DNA from: Octopus sinensis
Taxonomy: Eukaryota
DNA length: 64,000 bases
Assembly (NCBI RefSeq): GCF_006345805.1
Contig: NC_043002.1
Location: 40,982,001-41,046,000 of the forward strand
Direction: 5' to 3'
Part shown: positions 1-14,532 of the stretch, piece after piece
Position numbering within the stretch: position 1 is the stretch's first letter
Layout: every line of letters begins with the position of its first letter
The notes under the pieces: model-generated
Told to the model about the DNA's origin: nothing
The model's database searches: none
The model's input: only the letters and a program-made list of their open reading frames with translations
Program-made: the position numbers and the translations under genes

Positions 1-445
1 TGACAGCAATGTTTTTTTCTATCCACTCCCAACCCCCACCAACACTCACCACAGGAATTGATATATTCCTTTGGAATGGTGTTGCTGTCAAATACAAATA
101 CGACAAACTACAGTTATCTCTTATTATGTCCATCAGATGCAGTCAAAGTGGTGGCATTGGACATGGTGTATTGCTGTGCTGCTTACATCTAGATTGCATA
201 TAATGTGGTTGATGAAGCACTTTCGACCTCCTGACAGAAAAGGAATTTCATTAGAAACACAGAGAAAAAAAAAGAGTAAAAGAAAAAGAGTAAAACAAAA
301 GACAAAACAATAACTGACAGATTAGACAGCATGAAGATAACATAAGTCTCTATAATTGCCTGTTTGTATAAATTGTACAGATTACCAGCTGTGCTTCTCC
401 ATATAACAATATAAACACATACATACACACACACACACACACACA

Positions 446-507
<62 letters not shown>

Positions 508-1649
508 CACCCACACACACATATGCATGTGTGTGTGTTTGTGTTTGTGTGTGTTTGTGTTTGTGTGTGTGTGTGTGTGTGAGTGTGTGTATCTGTCTAT
601 CTATATATCTATCTATATCATCATCATTTAATGTCTGCTTTCCATGCTAGCATAGGTTGGTTGGTTTGAGAGGAGCTGGCTAGGCAGAAGACTGCACCAA
701 GCTTCACTGTCTGTTTTCACATCGTTTTTATGACTGGGTGCCCTTTCTAACAGCAACCACTCCACAGAGAGGACTGAGTACTTTTTACATGGCACAAGCA
801 CAGGCGAAGTCAGTTTTGGCACAGGTTTTACAGCTGGATGCCCTTCCAAATGCCAACCACTTTCCAGTGTGAACTGGATGCTTTTTACATGGCACCAGCA
901 CTGGCAGGGTCACCAAGTAACTTGCAAGACAAAAATCCTTTGAGAGGAGAGGGGGAATTGGAGGAGGTGATCTTGTGCCAGGTGTGACAGAGAGACAAAA
1001 ACAGATGTCTCGCAGTAGAGGAGAGAGAGAGAGGCAAGGAACAGGTGTATTGTTGTAAAGGAGATACATGGTTAACCAGTCAAAGGGAGAGAGCAAGAGA
1101 AAAAGAGAGAGAGAGAGAGGCAAGGAACAGGTGTGCTGTTGTAGAGGAAATACATGGTTAACCAGTCAGAGGTAGAGAGAGCAAGAGAAAGAGAGAGAGA
1201 GAGAGTGGAAGAGAGCAGGAGAGAGATGGTATTGAATGGCCAGGGTATGCTCACAAGCAATGGGGATCAGAATGTAAATGGGATGGGAGAGAAGAACAAG
1301 GGAGAGATAAATGATGGCAAATTGGAAGGGCACACCCTCAAGATACAGGGTCAGAATATAAATGGTAGAGAATTGCCATAAGTGGATAAGTAGGGAGTAG
1401 AGACTTCACATGAATGCATAGAGTGTGTGTGTGTGTGTGGGGAATACAGTGACTGTTAAAACTTGGACATATAGAGGGGGTGGGAGACAGCAGGATAGCA
1501 ATAATATAGTGAGCAGGGCACTGAGGACAGAGTTGGGGAGCAAGAGATAAGCATAAGCATGAAAAGAGGAAAAGTGAGGAAGAGGAGAGATGTAGTTTGG
1601 TTTGTGTGAAAAAAAGTTTTATTGTTGTTACATATGGAAGGAAACCTCA

Positions 1650-2106
1650 GTGCTTCTACAACTCAGTTTTGCTGAAGTGGGCAGGTGTTCTCAAGAACCT
1701 CATATCACCAGACATCTTGGTCCATTGCCATCTTCTCCATGAGGCCCACTTCATCCCATATCTTGGTCCTCTCCACTTCATCCCATGTCTTCCTGGGTCT
1801 CCCTCTTCCACAGGTGCCAGCCACTTTCAGAGATTGGCACTTCATTATTCAACTGTCTTCATTCATATCCATCACAAGTCCAAACTAACGTAGTCTTCTT
1901 TCTTGCATGTTACATCTAATTCCTCTTACGCCCAACTTTTCTCTTATCACATTTGCACTGTCATACATGCACACTGATGTTGCACATCCAATGGAGCATA
2001 CTACCTTCATTCATCTCTAGCCTACACAAGTTTTCTGCATTCAGAGCCCAGGTCTCACAACCATGGCGTATAGCCGTTTGTGCGATCTACCTTTCACTCT
2101 GAGAGA
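1650..2106 (-). mobile_element. RTE LINE 3' ORF fragment
   Basis: Reverse complement of the same HGCETWALNAENL.. region seen at 5340-5625 and similar to 26820-27250. Confidence 0.7.
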
Positions 2107-2389
2107 TTTGTTATTGTTTGTATTGTATTGAATTGTTATGTTTTTAAAAAATTTCAACATCTTTTATATCATACAAATAAATTATTCATACATCCATCTT
2201 TGTCCATTTACTTTCTTTCATTGTTAATTATATGTATTACTATAATAATCCCTAACATATTGCAGATATTTTTGCATTATATGATAGTGATTAACCAGTG
2301 GAATCCTTTGGTTTATATAATTCTTAATGTGGATCTAACTTCCTCGAATTGACCATCCATCCATCCATCTATATATATATCTATATCTA

Positions 2390-2428
<39 letters not shown>

Positions 2429-2939
2429 GTATCTATCTATGTATCTATCTATCTATATATATTATATAATAATAATAAATATATATACATTCATATATGT
2501 ACATACATACATATATATGTATATATGCATGCATATATGGGTACAGGACATAAAAGAAACCGTCAACAAAATGTGAACCAAGAGCATAAAAAACAAAAAC
2601 CTAGAAAACAAACTTATTTTCCCGAATAACAAAAGAAACAAATAGAGAAATGAGACAGGCAACATAAAGAACATTCCCTTCATCAGTTGTCCCCTGTTTT
2701 ATCTACTCCGCGTTTCGAAGGTAGGGACAAGATGCGACTTCGTTAAAACAGTCCTTACATATGTATATATGTACATGTGTGTATATATATATATATATAT
2801 ATACACACATAATTAACAGCAATGGAAGCAGTATTAATACCAAAAAGCAATCTTTATATTCAACTTAATGTAGATGTTGTGTTAGGACATCGAATATTGC
2901 AGATGATTCTTGTCTACGAATGATATAAATATGCATCAT

Positions 2940-4636
2940 GCACAACAGTTGCACATGTCAATCAAGTTCATAAAAATTACGAGAAGGAGAGATGACAACA
3001 GGCACACCTGCTAAAGTCCAATATACACAGGGAAAGGGTTTGACTTAGCACCATTTACCTGAACACAAACGTTTGTACAGAAACATCACGACAACCAGAA
3101 GTTGCTCATTAATCCCAAATACTGGCCAAACCCTCCACAGCATATCCTGATGCATGTAGTCATATGCCTCATTGAGGCCTACAATGTAAGCATACACCTC
3201 TTAGCAATATTCCAATGATTTGAAGGTAGTGATCTGGCAGAACTGTAAGCATGCAGGGTAAAATACTTAGTGGCATTTCATCTGTCTTCGGGTTCTGAGT
3301 TCAAATTCCACCAATGTTGACCTTGCCTGTCATCCCTTTCAAGGTCAATAAAATAAGTATCAGTTGGACTCTGGGGTTAATGCACTTGACTTATCCCCTC
3401 TACTGGAATTGTCAACCTTGTGCCAAAGTTTGAAACCAACATTCCCATGATTTCTTGGAGACCTGCCATAAAGCGAATATCTCATCAACTGTGCTGCATC
3501 CAGGACAAAAGCAACGCTGTTCTTCAGCTTGCTTGGGCTCACTAATTTCTCAACATCTCTTTTTCAGATGCCTTGCACAGACTTTACCAAGGAGGTGCAA
3601 CAAGCGGATTCCTCCATATTTACAGCATTCTCTCTTGTCTCCCTTTTTAAAAATTGGGATCATCACCCTGGATTGCCATAACCTTGGTATCTTTCCAGAT
3701 GTCCAAGTCACTTAGCATACATGACTCAGCCAGAGAATACTGTCTCTGTTTAATGTTTTAAAAAATCTCAGGACAAATTTCATCCTTTCCAGCAGCTTTA
3801 CTACACTTGAATGCTTTAATCACCTCTATGATTTCAGCGTCTGTTAGGTCAGCCTTCACTCCTGGATGTACTACATGCCCTCCAGAATATCATCTTTTGA
3901 CCAGATTTAGGAGGTCAGTAAAGTATTCTCCCCACTCCTTAAGGATGCCCTTCTTTGTAGAGATAACCCCTGCTAAATGACAGATGTGAAAGAGGGCTTC
4001 TAGTTACAATGTTAGTAAATGATTTTCCAGAATACTTTATTGGCCAATCTTAAGTCAGATTCCAACTTAACTCCAGAGTCCTCTCATACCTTCATTTTGG
4101 GATGTTTTTACTGTCTCTTCTGCAACTTTCACACCTCAGAGTACTGCATGTACAAAACAAGAGACTTGTTCCAAAGCCTAGCTTTATAAGCCTCCTTCTT
4201 TGCTCGCATGGCATCTTTAATTTCCTGGTTAAACCAAGGGCTTCTTTTACTACCTAATGCTATGCCAAGCTGCTGTTGTCCACAGCATCATGCAGACAAA
4301 GAAGAAACTGCTGAACAAAACAATCTTCACTCCATTTCGACCTTTTCAGTTTGATCAGGATAAAAGACCCCTTTCAGTCATGAATGAATATGGGATTGCA
4401 CTTAGTAAGTTACCCTCCAAGACACAAGTCTGGGCAAGATTGCTTATGGAAGATCAACAGTTGCCAGGATTCTTCAGTGGCAGACATTCACTAGGGACAT
4501 AACAGCTGAATCTCACAGATATGTCCTCTCAAGGTAAATAATGCAGTATTCGATGTTCTAACACAACATTCACATTAAGTTCGATACAAAGATTGCCTTT
4601 TGGTATAATACTGCTTCCATCGCTGTTAATTATATA

Positions 4637-4668
<32 letters not shown>

Positions 4669-4736
4669 CATACACACACACACTCATGTACATATATACA
4701 TATACATATGCATGTATATATATATATATAGATAGT

Positions 4737-4781
<45 letters not shown>

Positions 4782-6480
4782 TGTCAATTCGAGGAAGTTA
4801 AGTCCACATTAAGGGTTATATAAACCAAAAGATTCCACTGGTTAATCACTATCATATAATGCAAAAATATCTGCAATATGTTAGGGATTATTATAGTAAT
4901 ACATATAATTAACAATGAAAGAAAGTAAATGGACAAAGATGGATGTATGAATAATTTATTTGTATGATATAAAGATGTTGAAATTTTTTAAAGGCATAAC
5001 AATACAAAACAAATGCAAACAATAACAACAATAACAAGAGCACTCAGAGTGTGCAAACCTCCACCATGACAACACCAACGTCCTCTTGATGATTAGCCAG
5101 AGAGGATTTTCAAAATGAGAATATCTGAAATAAACATGACTGCTCTTACAAACAAGAATACTAAAATTGAACTCAATTGCTCTCAAAAATTAAGTAAAAT
5201 AAACGCGGGAAAATTATCCAGAATCCTTGTCCGGTACTGGATTGATCCCAAAATCTAATGAGTTCATGGCAGTCATGAGGCCAGACATCTCTGAAAGTTT
5301 CATCCGAATCCATCCAACAGTTCTTGAGATATCTTGTCCATGTTGGCAACAAAAGGACTCTCTCACAGAGTGAAAGGTAGATTGCATGATGCTTGTGTAC
5401 AAACGGCTATACGCCATGGTTGTGAGACCTGGGCTCTGAATGCAGAAAACTTATGTAGGCTAGAGATGAATGAAAGTAGTATGCTCCATTGGATGTGCAA
5501 CATCAGTGTGCATGTATGACAGTGCAAATGTGATGTGAGAAAAGTTGGGCATAAGAGGAATTAGATGTAACATGGAAGAAAGAAAACTACATTTGTCTGG
5601 ACTTGTGATGCATGTGAATGAAGGAGTGCCAATTACTGAAAGTGTCTGGCACCTGTGGTGACCTTGCCATGCTGATGCCATGAAAAAAGCATCCAGTCCA
5701 CACTGGAAAGTGGTTAGCATTTGGAAGGGCATCCAGCTGTAAAAACTATACCAAAACTGACCTCGCTTGTGCTTGTGTCATTTAAAAAGCTACTTCATGA
5801 TTGTGATCCTGACACTCTAGCTACTGAGCTATGTACCTTCTGAATATGGATGCAAAAGTGTCTGCACATTTGTTTCTGATTCCAACATTTATCAGAGCTT
5901 TCCACTTTATCCAGTTCTATTTGTACCCCCTGTGGTAAATAGTCTAAGGTTGCAGACAACAAGGTGGTGATCAGACAAAAGCTCAACCCATCTCTTTACA
6001 TAAATATCCAGTACAGAAACAAAGAGGTCTGGGGTGATGATAACAAATCTGTCAGTGACCTCTGCCCTAAAGTATCCATATACCAAGTATACTTATGGTA
6101 TTCCATCCCTGTGTTAGGAGAATGTGTTTGTAATGCAAAGTCCATTTCCAGCACAGAAGTCTAGTAAATCTTCTCCATCCACACTGAGTTCAGGTTTGCC
6201 ATTCCTCCCAATCACATCTTTTCACATCTGGTGATCAGTGCCAACATGTGCATTTTAAGTTTCAATGTAGGACAAATGACTTGGTTCTTAACTACATCTA
6301 AAGCTGCAGTGATTTCATCAAGGAAGGATTTCTATTTAGTCTCACTGCTTGATGCATATACTTGTAACAATCACATCGGTCCTTCCTTCAGCCTAAGCCT
6401 CAAGAGGCAAACCTTACCAGTTAGTGGAATCCACTTTATAATACTTAAGAGGATAAATGATGTAGTATGAGGGAACTGTA
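2940..6480 (-). mobile_element. Decayed RTE-clade LINE split by nested insertions (APE endonuclease about 5830-6480; RT about 2940-4280)
   Basis: Minus-strand fragments NAHVG..DVIGRNG..LLDFCAGNGLCITNTF and GKIPRLWQSRVMIPIFKKGDKRECCKYGGI..STVDEIFAL, with stops and frameshifts. Confidence 0.75.
5030..5340 (+). mobile_element. Helentron/HINE-like non-autonomous element fragment
   Basis: AACAAGAGCACTCAGAG..GCAAACCTCC start and AAAGTTTCATCCGAATCCATCC..TTCTTGAGATATC motif typical of HINE/DINE-like elements. Confidence 0.45.
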
Positions 6481-7068
6481 ATGTGGGGAACAAAATATGG
6501 TTTACCAACCTCTCAGTGTCGGCTGTCCAGCTGCATTTGATCAAAGACGCACCCTACCCATTTCAATTAATCGTTAGAACTTACTGCTAAAGTCCTGCCT
6601 CATGCACACATTCACATGTGTCTATCCATGATAACTGCTCGAGGCAAAAAGGACCCATGCTGATGCTACTTCTGCCCATGTCCTCACCCTCTCTTCTTCT
6701 TCCTGTAAGGCCTCTTGGGCATTGATGCCACTGACCCTATCCTTCCATTCACCTCATTCCCACAAATCAAATAATTAGTTTCATCTTTCATTAAAGACTT
6801 ATTAATAGATTACATTCCATATAGAACTAGCAATGGAAAGTGTTCATTCGGTTGCAAGTGGTACTACTTCATTCACATAATGATGAATGTTTGATAGCCC
6901 GGAATTAATGATCAGCAGTAAGCAATTTCTGATGATGCATTGTTACAATATGTACCTAGTTTGTTTATTTCATATTCCAAGCAGCTAAAAGGACGACTGT
7001 GGTTTAACCACGGGACCTAATTACACAGCAAGACTAAATATATATTTATTAAAGTGATGAGTAAGCTT

Positions 7069-7130
<62 letters not shown>

Positions 7131-7809
7131 TTATGAGAGAGATAAAAAGAGAGGAATGAGAAAGTAAAATATATTCACAACTCTACATTAGATGATGATC
7201 ATGATGATATTAAAAATGATAATGCAGTGTGAATGATAACAACATTTATGATGTTGATGATAACAATGATGATGATGACGACGATGATGATGATGACAAT
7301 GTAGTCACATGATGTTAGTATATAAGTAACATATATCTATTCATTAATAATATATGAGATAATAAGAAACCGTAGCTGTGTTAGTCAAAAATATAACAAT
7401 TGTGTAAAGAGATAGTTTTTCCTTCTTTGTCTATTTATATCTATAAAATTATATATATATTGACAGAAAACACAACAGACTATCCATAAACACTCTAGAG
7501 TTACAATGGCTGAATTCTGTAGTTTTGGAGGGGCGACAAAGAATAACCAAGTACATAAAAGAGAGAATGGAGTGAAAACAGGTGATTACAGATGTGGTGC
7601 CTAGACACATTGATTTCTCAGATTGGTATATAGCCATAACCTTGTAAGGAAGAAAAACAGTTAAATTACTAGCCTTCGTACCTGTCTGGTATTTGTTTTA
7701 TAAATTCAAGAGAGACTATCGACGGTCTTGTATCATGGTAAGATTTATCTTAGAGTACAGTATGACAATGTTTATAAGACTGGAGTTTGGTTTGGTATCA
7801 TAGCAAGCT

Positions 7810-8215
7810 ATGGGGGCATTGCTGAAAAATTCCTGGCTTGAAAGGTAACACAAAAGGCCTTGTTGGAGAGCCAACCTCCTGAGTTCTTTTACAGGACTTA
7901 GAAAAACTGAAGGATTGCTGCAATAAATGTGTGAATCTGAGAGGGGAATATATTGAATAAAATCATAATTAACTGATCCTCCAGTATTTTCTTTTAACCA
8001 AAGCCAAGAATCTTTCAGAACCCCCTCATAGATTGGTTTGGTATCATAAAATGCTATGAGGTGGGTGCTGAAAAGTTCCTAGCTTGAAAGGTATTGCAAA
8101 AGGCCTGGTTGGGGACCCAAACTTTTGAGTTCTTTTACAGAGTTTAGAAAAACCGAATTACTGCTGCAATATGTGTGTGAATCTGAGAGGTGAATATGTT
8201 GAATAAAATCATAAT
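7810..8215. mobile_element. Two tandem Tc1/mariner-type MITE copies
   Basis: GCTGAAAA(A/G)TTCCTGGCTT ... AAGCCAAGAATCTTTCAG TIRs; same family as 55047-55259. Confidence 0.65.
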
Positions 8216-9136
8216 TATAGCATGCTAAATTACAGTATATCGATGTATCACTGTATCAACCAAATTATCCAATGTTGTTACCAATGGTCACAAAGCACTT
8301 CCTTGCATTGTCATAGCTTTCAAACGATGCCATTCTACTGGATAGGTAAGCCAATTGACATATAAGTGACCAAGATCATGACATACCCTAAAACGGGATA
8401 CCAGTCCATCACAAGGTTTGCAACTTCATCATTTACAGCTGAGTGGACTGGAGCAATGTGAAATGAAGTGTGTGGCTCAAGAACACAATGCACTTCTTAC
8501 TCTGGGAATTGAAGCCACTATCTTATAACAACACCTTAAACACTAGAACATGCTACAGTATATATGGTATGATAAGTAATGGTCACCATCAACTAGCATG
8601 CAGAAGCTATGGAGGGCTGCTGATATTTTGCATTTGCAAGATTTTGGGTTAAGTCTGCAAAGCTCTGCAGTAAACATACCTCATTTTTAGCTGAGTGAAC
8701 TGGAGAAACAAGAAATGAAGAGTCCTGCAAAATGTTCCACTACCCAGTTCAAGAACCGAACCTACAACTTTACAATCATGAACCCAACAATCTGAATACA
8801 GTTACAGTGATCCTGTCTACTTAAAATGTTCTTTTGGTGTAGACTAAAGGACACCATTTTATTACAGGAAAGAAAATAATAATAATAATCATCATCATCG
8901 TTTAACATCTGCTTTCCATGCTAGCATGGGTTGGACGGTTCAACTGAGGTCTGGGAAGCCAGAAGGCTGCACCAAGCCCAGTCTGATCTGGCAGTGTTTC
9001 TACAGCTGGATGCCCTTCCTAACGCCAACCACTCCGAGAGTGTAGTGGGTGCTTTTTATGTGCCACCGGCACAGGTGCCAGACGAGGCTGGCAACGGGCC
9101 ACGATTGGATGGTGCTTTTTACGTGCCACCGGCACG

Positions 9137-9190
<54 letters not shown>

Positions 9191-9329
9191 TCATAATAAT
9201 GATGATTTCTTTATTAACCACAAGGGTTTACACTAAGAAAAACATTATGGACAGCACAGGACAAAACAAAGAATGTGTGTGTGTATGTGTTGTTCTGAGG
9301 GTTTTGCATGTAAACAATACTGATAAAAT

Positions 9330-10820
9330 TTTTTTAAAATCAACAATGTGTGATTCTCAATAGGAAGAAGACATTCGAGGGCTGTGTGTCCACCTTTCAG
9401 CAAACTGGCTTGAAGACAACACTTCACTCTTTACTCTATTTTCCTTTTCAAATGAAACTTGAAACGGTTGATTAGAGATTGGCCAAAGAGAAAAGTGTTT
9501 GTCCTCACCCCTTCAATCCCATCCACCATACAACCTCTTTTGCCATGGCCACCAGGCATATAAACACAGCCTTTCCTTCTTGGTTAAAGGAAGGCGGCAG
9601 GATGATGTTCATGATGGATTCAGTTGACAGCTGGATCCATCCCACACGCAACAGCAAGCGTTTGACATAAACCCACAAGTCAGCAATGCTCAGGCACTGG
9701 ACGAGTGCATGCAGGACTGTCTCATTGTCCTGCACACATCTTGGACATGCTTGGATGATGGTACTTCCATGCCTGTAAAGTTTATCTTGAACAAGCAAAG
9801 CTCCCCAGTAGCACTGCTCGGCCAGAGATTTTTGGAAATTATCCATTGGTCCCGGGCTGAAAGTTCTCTGGAAAAGAGTGGCTAGCTGATCTTCTTTGAC
9901 GTCCAAGGTCTCCCCAAGAAGGTTGTTGCACTTTTACTCCACTAATCATTTATAAAAAGCTAATGTGGATGTTCACCTATCACTGTTCAATTGGCTGAGG
10001 GCTGTGAGCACTTGAAAACATTCCAATTTCCAAATATTTCCCCTTGTTTTCTGTTTTACCCAGAACTGCAGCTCTGTTAAAGAAACTAGCTGCAAAAATA
10101 TGTGTCTGGCAAACAGCAACCACACCTGTTCACTGTCAAGGAAGCACTGGAGATGTCATAGCCTCAGTGCATGTCTTCACATCATCAATCATGGCATGCC
10201 CAGACCACCACTTAGTAGGTTTTGACAGCAGATAGACCACCTGACCATTGGGACACACCCCTTCCACAAGAAGCAGAAGAAAGATGTTCCAGCATAATCA
10301 GACAGTGGTCAAGACAAGGCATGATGGTCAAGAGATAGTAGATAATGGAACCGATATACACGTTAACTAACTCTGCCGGATCTTTCAGAGTTAGCTGCCT
10401 TGAGAATTGCTGCCAGGTACAAATGTTTACCTCTATCAAAAGCTTTAGACAGATCTAAATTGATCAGATCCCCACCTGTGCCAGGTTCTTTAGCCACTTT
10501 CTCAATGATATATCACATGAGGTGGAGGTTGTCATGGATGGATCTTTTCAGGATGGCACAAGTCTGTGCCTCCCCTACCAGATCCCCGACAACAAGTGCC
10601 AACTTTGTAGCTAACACCTTGGCCAAAACTCTGAACTCTGCGTTTAGTAGAATTATGGGCCTAAAGTTATCAATATAATCTCCCTTGTTTGGGTCTTTTC
10701 TCAGCAACACCACTGTTCTTTGGCTCACAAAACTGGGAATTCTCCCATTCTGTTGCCAGTTGCAGTAAACATTTGCTAAGAAGTCACCGAACAACTCTGG
10801 CATGTAAGTGTAGGGCCTGT
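9330..10820 (-). mobile_element. Decayed L1/Tx1-clade LINE ORF2 (RT and C-terminal CCHC zinc finger)
   Basis: ORF 10513..10803 (LLRKDPNKGDYIDNFRPIILLNAEFRVLAKVLA), LDLSKAFDR, and ORF 9505..9906 (CPRC..ETVLHALVQC). Confidence 0.85.
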
Positions 10821-11751
10821 AGGGCAGGTTGTCATTGTTGCCTCCATCATCGCCTTTGTCATCATCACCACGGTCGTTGTCATTGTCATTATCATCATCA
10901 CTGTCCTCATTATCATCATTATCACCATCATCACTGTCATTGTCATTATCGTTATCATCATCATCATCACCGTCATCATCATCAGTGTTTTAACTTCCAC
11001 TTTTCTATGCTCACATGAGTTGGGCAGAATTTGTTGAGGTGGAACTTTTTATGGCCAGATGCCCTTTCTGTTGCCAACTCTTACCTGCTACCAAATAAGG
11101 TGATATGCCTCCCTGACCAGACACGTTTCCATAGATGATCAGAAATGAAGGACACTGTCTGCATGATAGCGATGCTTGTTTACAATTACCATGTGATATC
11201 CAGGCAAAAAGACAGTAACACACACACACACACCCACCCTTTATCTTCTACTTGTTTCAGTCATTTGACCGGGGCCATGCTGGGGCACCACCTTGAACAG
11301 TTTTTAGTCTTATGTTTTTAAGCTTAGTACTTATTCTATGATAGGCTTCTTTCTGTTTCCACCTATCAAATCCACTCACAAGGCTTTGGTTGACCTGAGG
11401 CTGTAATAGAAGACACTTTCCCAAGGTGCCATGCTGCTGGACTGAACCCGGAACCATATGGTTAGGAAGCAAACTTCTTACCACACAGCCATGCCTACAC
11501 CTACAAAAATCTTTTGGAGGTGTAGGCATGAATAAAATGAACAGTTATTTTCTTGAAATAATATACTATACAGAGTGATAATTACTCCTTGTGGACCAAA
11601 TATTCTGGTAATTTAAATAATTGTAACTTCTGTAGCATATAAACCTTAAAGAACTGCCATGTGCCGAGGGCTTCTCACTAATCACTCATAACATTGATTT
11701 TTCACACTAAGTAAAGTAGTAAGCCAAACAGAAATAAGGAGAATCTCTTAC

Positions 11752-11836
11752 CGAGCAGTTTTCTGTACTAATTCGAAAGGAAAGTCAGAACACAGCAGAC
11801 AAATCAATGAATGGTATTCTTGTATGGTAAGTAAAT
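11752..11836 (-). CDS. CSTPP1: CSTPP1 coding exon 4 (D)LLTIQEYHSLICLLCSDFPFELVQKTA(R)
   Basis: 85 nt, acceptor attaatattttcag, donor GTAAGA. Similar to recalled human DLLTMKEYHCLLQLLCPDFPLELTQKAAR. The next expected exon (IVLMDDA..) was not found in the window. Confidence 0.92.
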
Positions 11837-14532
11837 CTGAAAATATTAATTTTTATGTATATAAGAAAAAGAAATAAAAAAAGATTAGAATTCTAAACAG
11901 CCTTTTACAAAATTCTTCATTTTTACATATACTATTGACAGAACAGTGTTATAGATTTTTTCTAAAAATCTTCAGTTAGAAATTTGAATCATAAACTAGA
12001 ATGATTCTATGTTCAAGACATTAATTGGTGTTGCAAAACTGAAAAGAATTTTGTTTGTTCATATTGTTATAAGGAGAAAGGGATGAAGAATAACAAGCAG
12101 ATTTTACTTAGTCAAAGACCCAGACTTTAACACTTGCTGTGATGTTAGCCACCACACTGGATGATTCCCTACTGGTGATAGGTACAGACAGAAACATTAA
12201 CATTTATCTAATTAATACTGATTTATACACAACTTGAAGTGAATAGCTCTGTTGGTGATTTAGTTTTCATTTGGTCTTCATTCATTTGTCATGAATCCAC
12301 AAAACTCAGCTATCAGAAGTAGACAGAAGAATGAAAAGAAGAAATGAGATTGGGGAAATTGGCATGGTTACAGAAGCAAAGGTGTTTGAATATACATAAG
12401 TTAGCAGGGGGTAAAGATGCTGTTTTGAAAGGGGGACTACTGAAAACAGAGATGTATTATGAATGGCAAGGTACTGAAAGGCAGGTTCAGTATGCTGTTC
12501 TAGGATAAAAATGAAGCTGACAAATTCAATAGATTTGAAGTTCCATATGTTTGGGGTGAAAAAAAACAAAAACAAAAAAAAAACAAGGTAATGGTGGAAA
12601 CTTCTTGAGCCAAATATTTATGTTATTCTAAAGAATTTGGCATTCTTAATTTATATTTGGGCTTTTTCATAAATTTCTATTTATTTGCACACCTTTTCAA
12701 CGAATCTGGAAAATATAGAGTGAAATATGACAGTATTAACATTTTGACATACAATATATATTATTTACTCTGATTTGTTAGTTGTGTTGTGAGTTGTATC
12801 ATTTTGTTACTTACTTGCTTGTTAGCCTATATTGAATTCAGTTTGAAAGAAACATAGTTCTTGATTTCTAATATGATTAATTAACACTTATATTTTGCTA
12901 TTGATAAAGTATTTTTAATCCTTAGCGAAGATATTTACCATTGAAATGAATAAATGTCAGGCAGATTTTGTTAAGAAAGTTCCTAAATTAATAATATAAG
13001 GAGAAATTAAAATACATATATATATATATATCAATGGTCTTTGATGAAGACATATTGGATTCCTGGAAAAATTCATGGTTTTATCATAAAGGAATCAGAG
13101 AAAGCATTATAAATGAGGAAAAGTATTAAGACATAGAGTAAAAGTTCAAGCAGTAAAGAAGCTTTTAATTCAGTTAAAAAACAAAAAACAATTCAATAGC
13201 AAGCTCTTATGAAAAAGGAAAACAATTTTAATTTCTAAAAAAGAAACCTATAAGTTGATATATTTTTTGCATCTTATTAAATTTCTTCCAACAACTTGAA
13301 GTACTTCAAATTTACACTAAATTATTTTCAAAAGAATTTAGTTTTGCATGCTGATGACAAAAATCTAGAACTTAATAATAAAGAAGTCACAAGAATTTAA
13401 AGTTATGTTGTTTAAGCTAATTAGAAGCATCCATTGCTGATGTCAAAAGTCGCAACTGTTTAGTCTCATAGCAAAAGAAAATGCCTATATCTGTGTTTAA
13501 GTGAAAAAGCACATGGTTGGAAGGGAGTGTCCTTCATCTTAGGAGTTTAATTTTGTGACTGTACTGCTAAGTGCAACAATCTTTTCTACTAGGAACAACA
13601 ATTTACAGCCACCTGTGGTGAGTATACTTGCAAATTCCTGAGATACCAGGCTACCAATTTCAACATTGAATGGTGAACCACAGTAGGCTTCTAATATGTC
13701 AGCAATGGAAGCTTCTGACTGACAAAAATTACATAACATTAAATACCTGTAACCTCTTTAATTTCTAGAGAAAAAAAAAAATGAATGCAATTTTCTTCTT
13801 TAGCATGCAAAACTACATAAGTGAAGAAAATTTGAAAAATAATCTGAAATATTTCAACTGCTAGGAAAAAACTTTAACAAGATCCTATTCGTTAAATATC
13901 TGATTTGATAATTGTAGTATCAGAATTAATAATATACTTATTGTGTAATTAAAAGAAATTGTCTCAGTTAATAATTCCTTTATTTTTGTTTTGTTTTTCT
14001 GATGACAATGACCATCTAGATTGTGGTAAAATATTTTCTTCAAGAATCTACCCATCTTTGATTTTTTTGCACTTTCCTACATGCAGGCATGACTATGTGT
14101 TTAAGATGCTCACTCTGCAACCACATGGTTTCAGGTTCAGTCCCAATGTATGGCACCATGGGTAAATGTCTTCTACTATAGCCCTGTGCTAATCAATACC
14201 TTGCTAATCAATACCTTGACTCATAAGGGCTGCTTTCCAAATTTCATGGTGTATATACTCCCCACCTGGACGGGATGCCGGTCTGTAATAAGATTACGAT
14301 CATGAATCCAACACCCTGACCACTAAGTAACATGCCTCCACATCAAAATCTTGTGCATAAATGTGATAAACAGTAACTGTATGAAAGCCTAGTGTGTATG
14401 TTTTGCCTAAAAAAAAAATGAATCTACAAATACAATATCCCTACACATCTCACATCTATTTTCTTTCCTCCACCTCACTCTCTATTTTGTATCTTATCTA
14501 AATTAACTATTATATAACCATTTTCTCACACC

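Noticed and set aside
6880-6932. ATGATGA...CTGA C/D-box-like pair
   Set aside because: Too short, antisense to the host gene, no terminal stem.
13539-13739. 66-aa minus-strand ORF in intron 3
   Set aside because: No CSTPP1 similarity and exons 3 and 4 already join in phase; possibly transposase debris.
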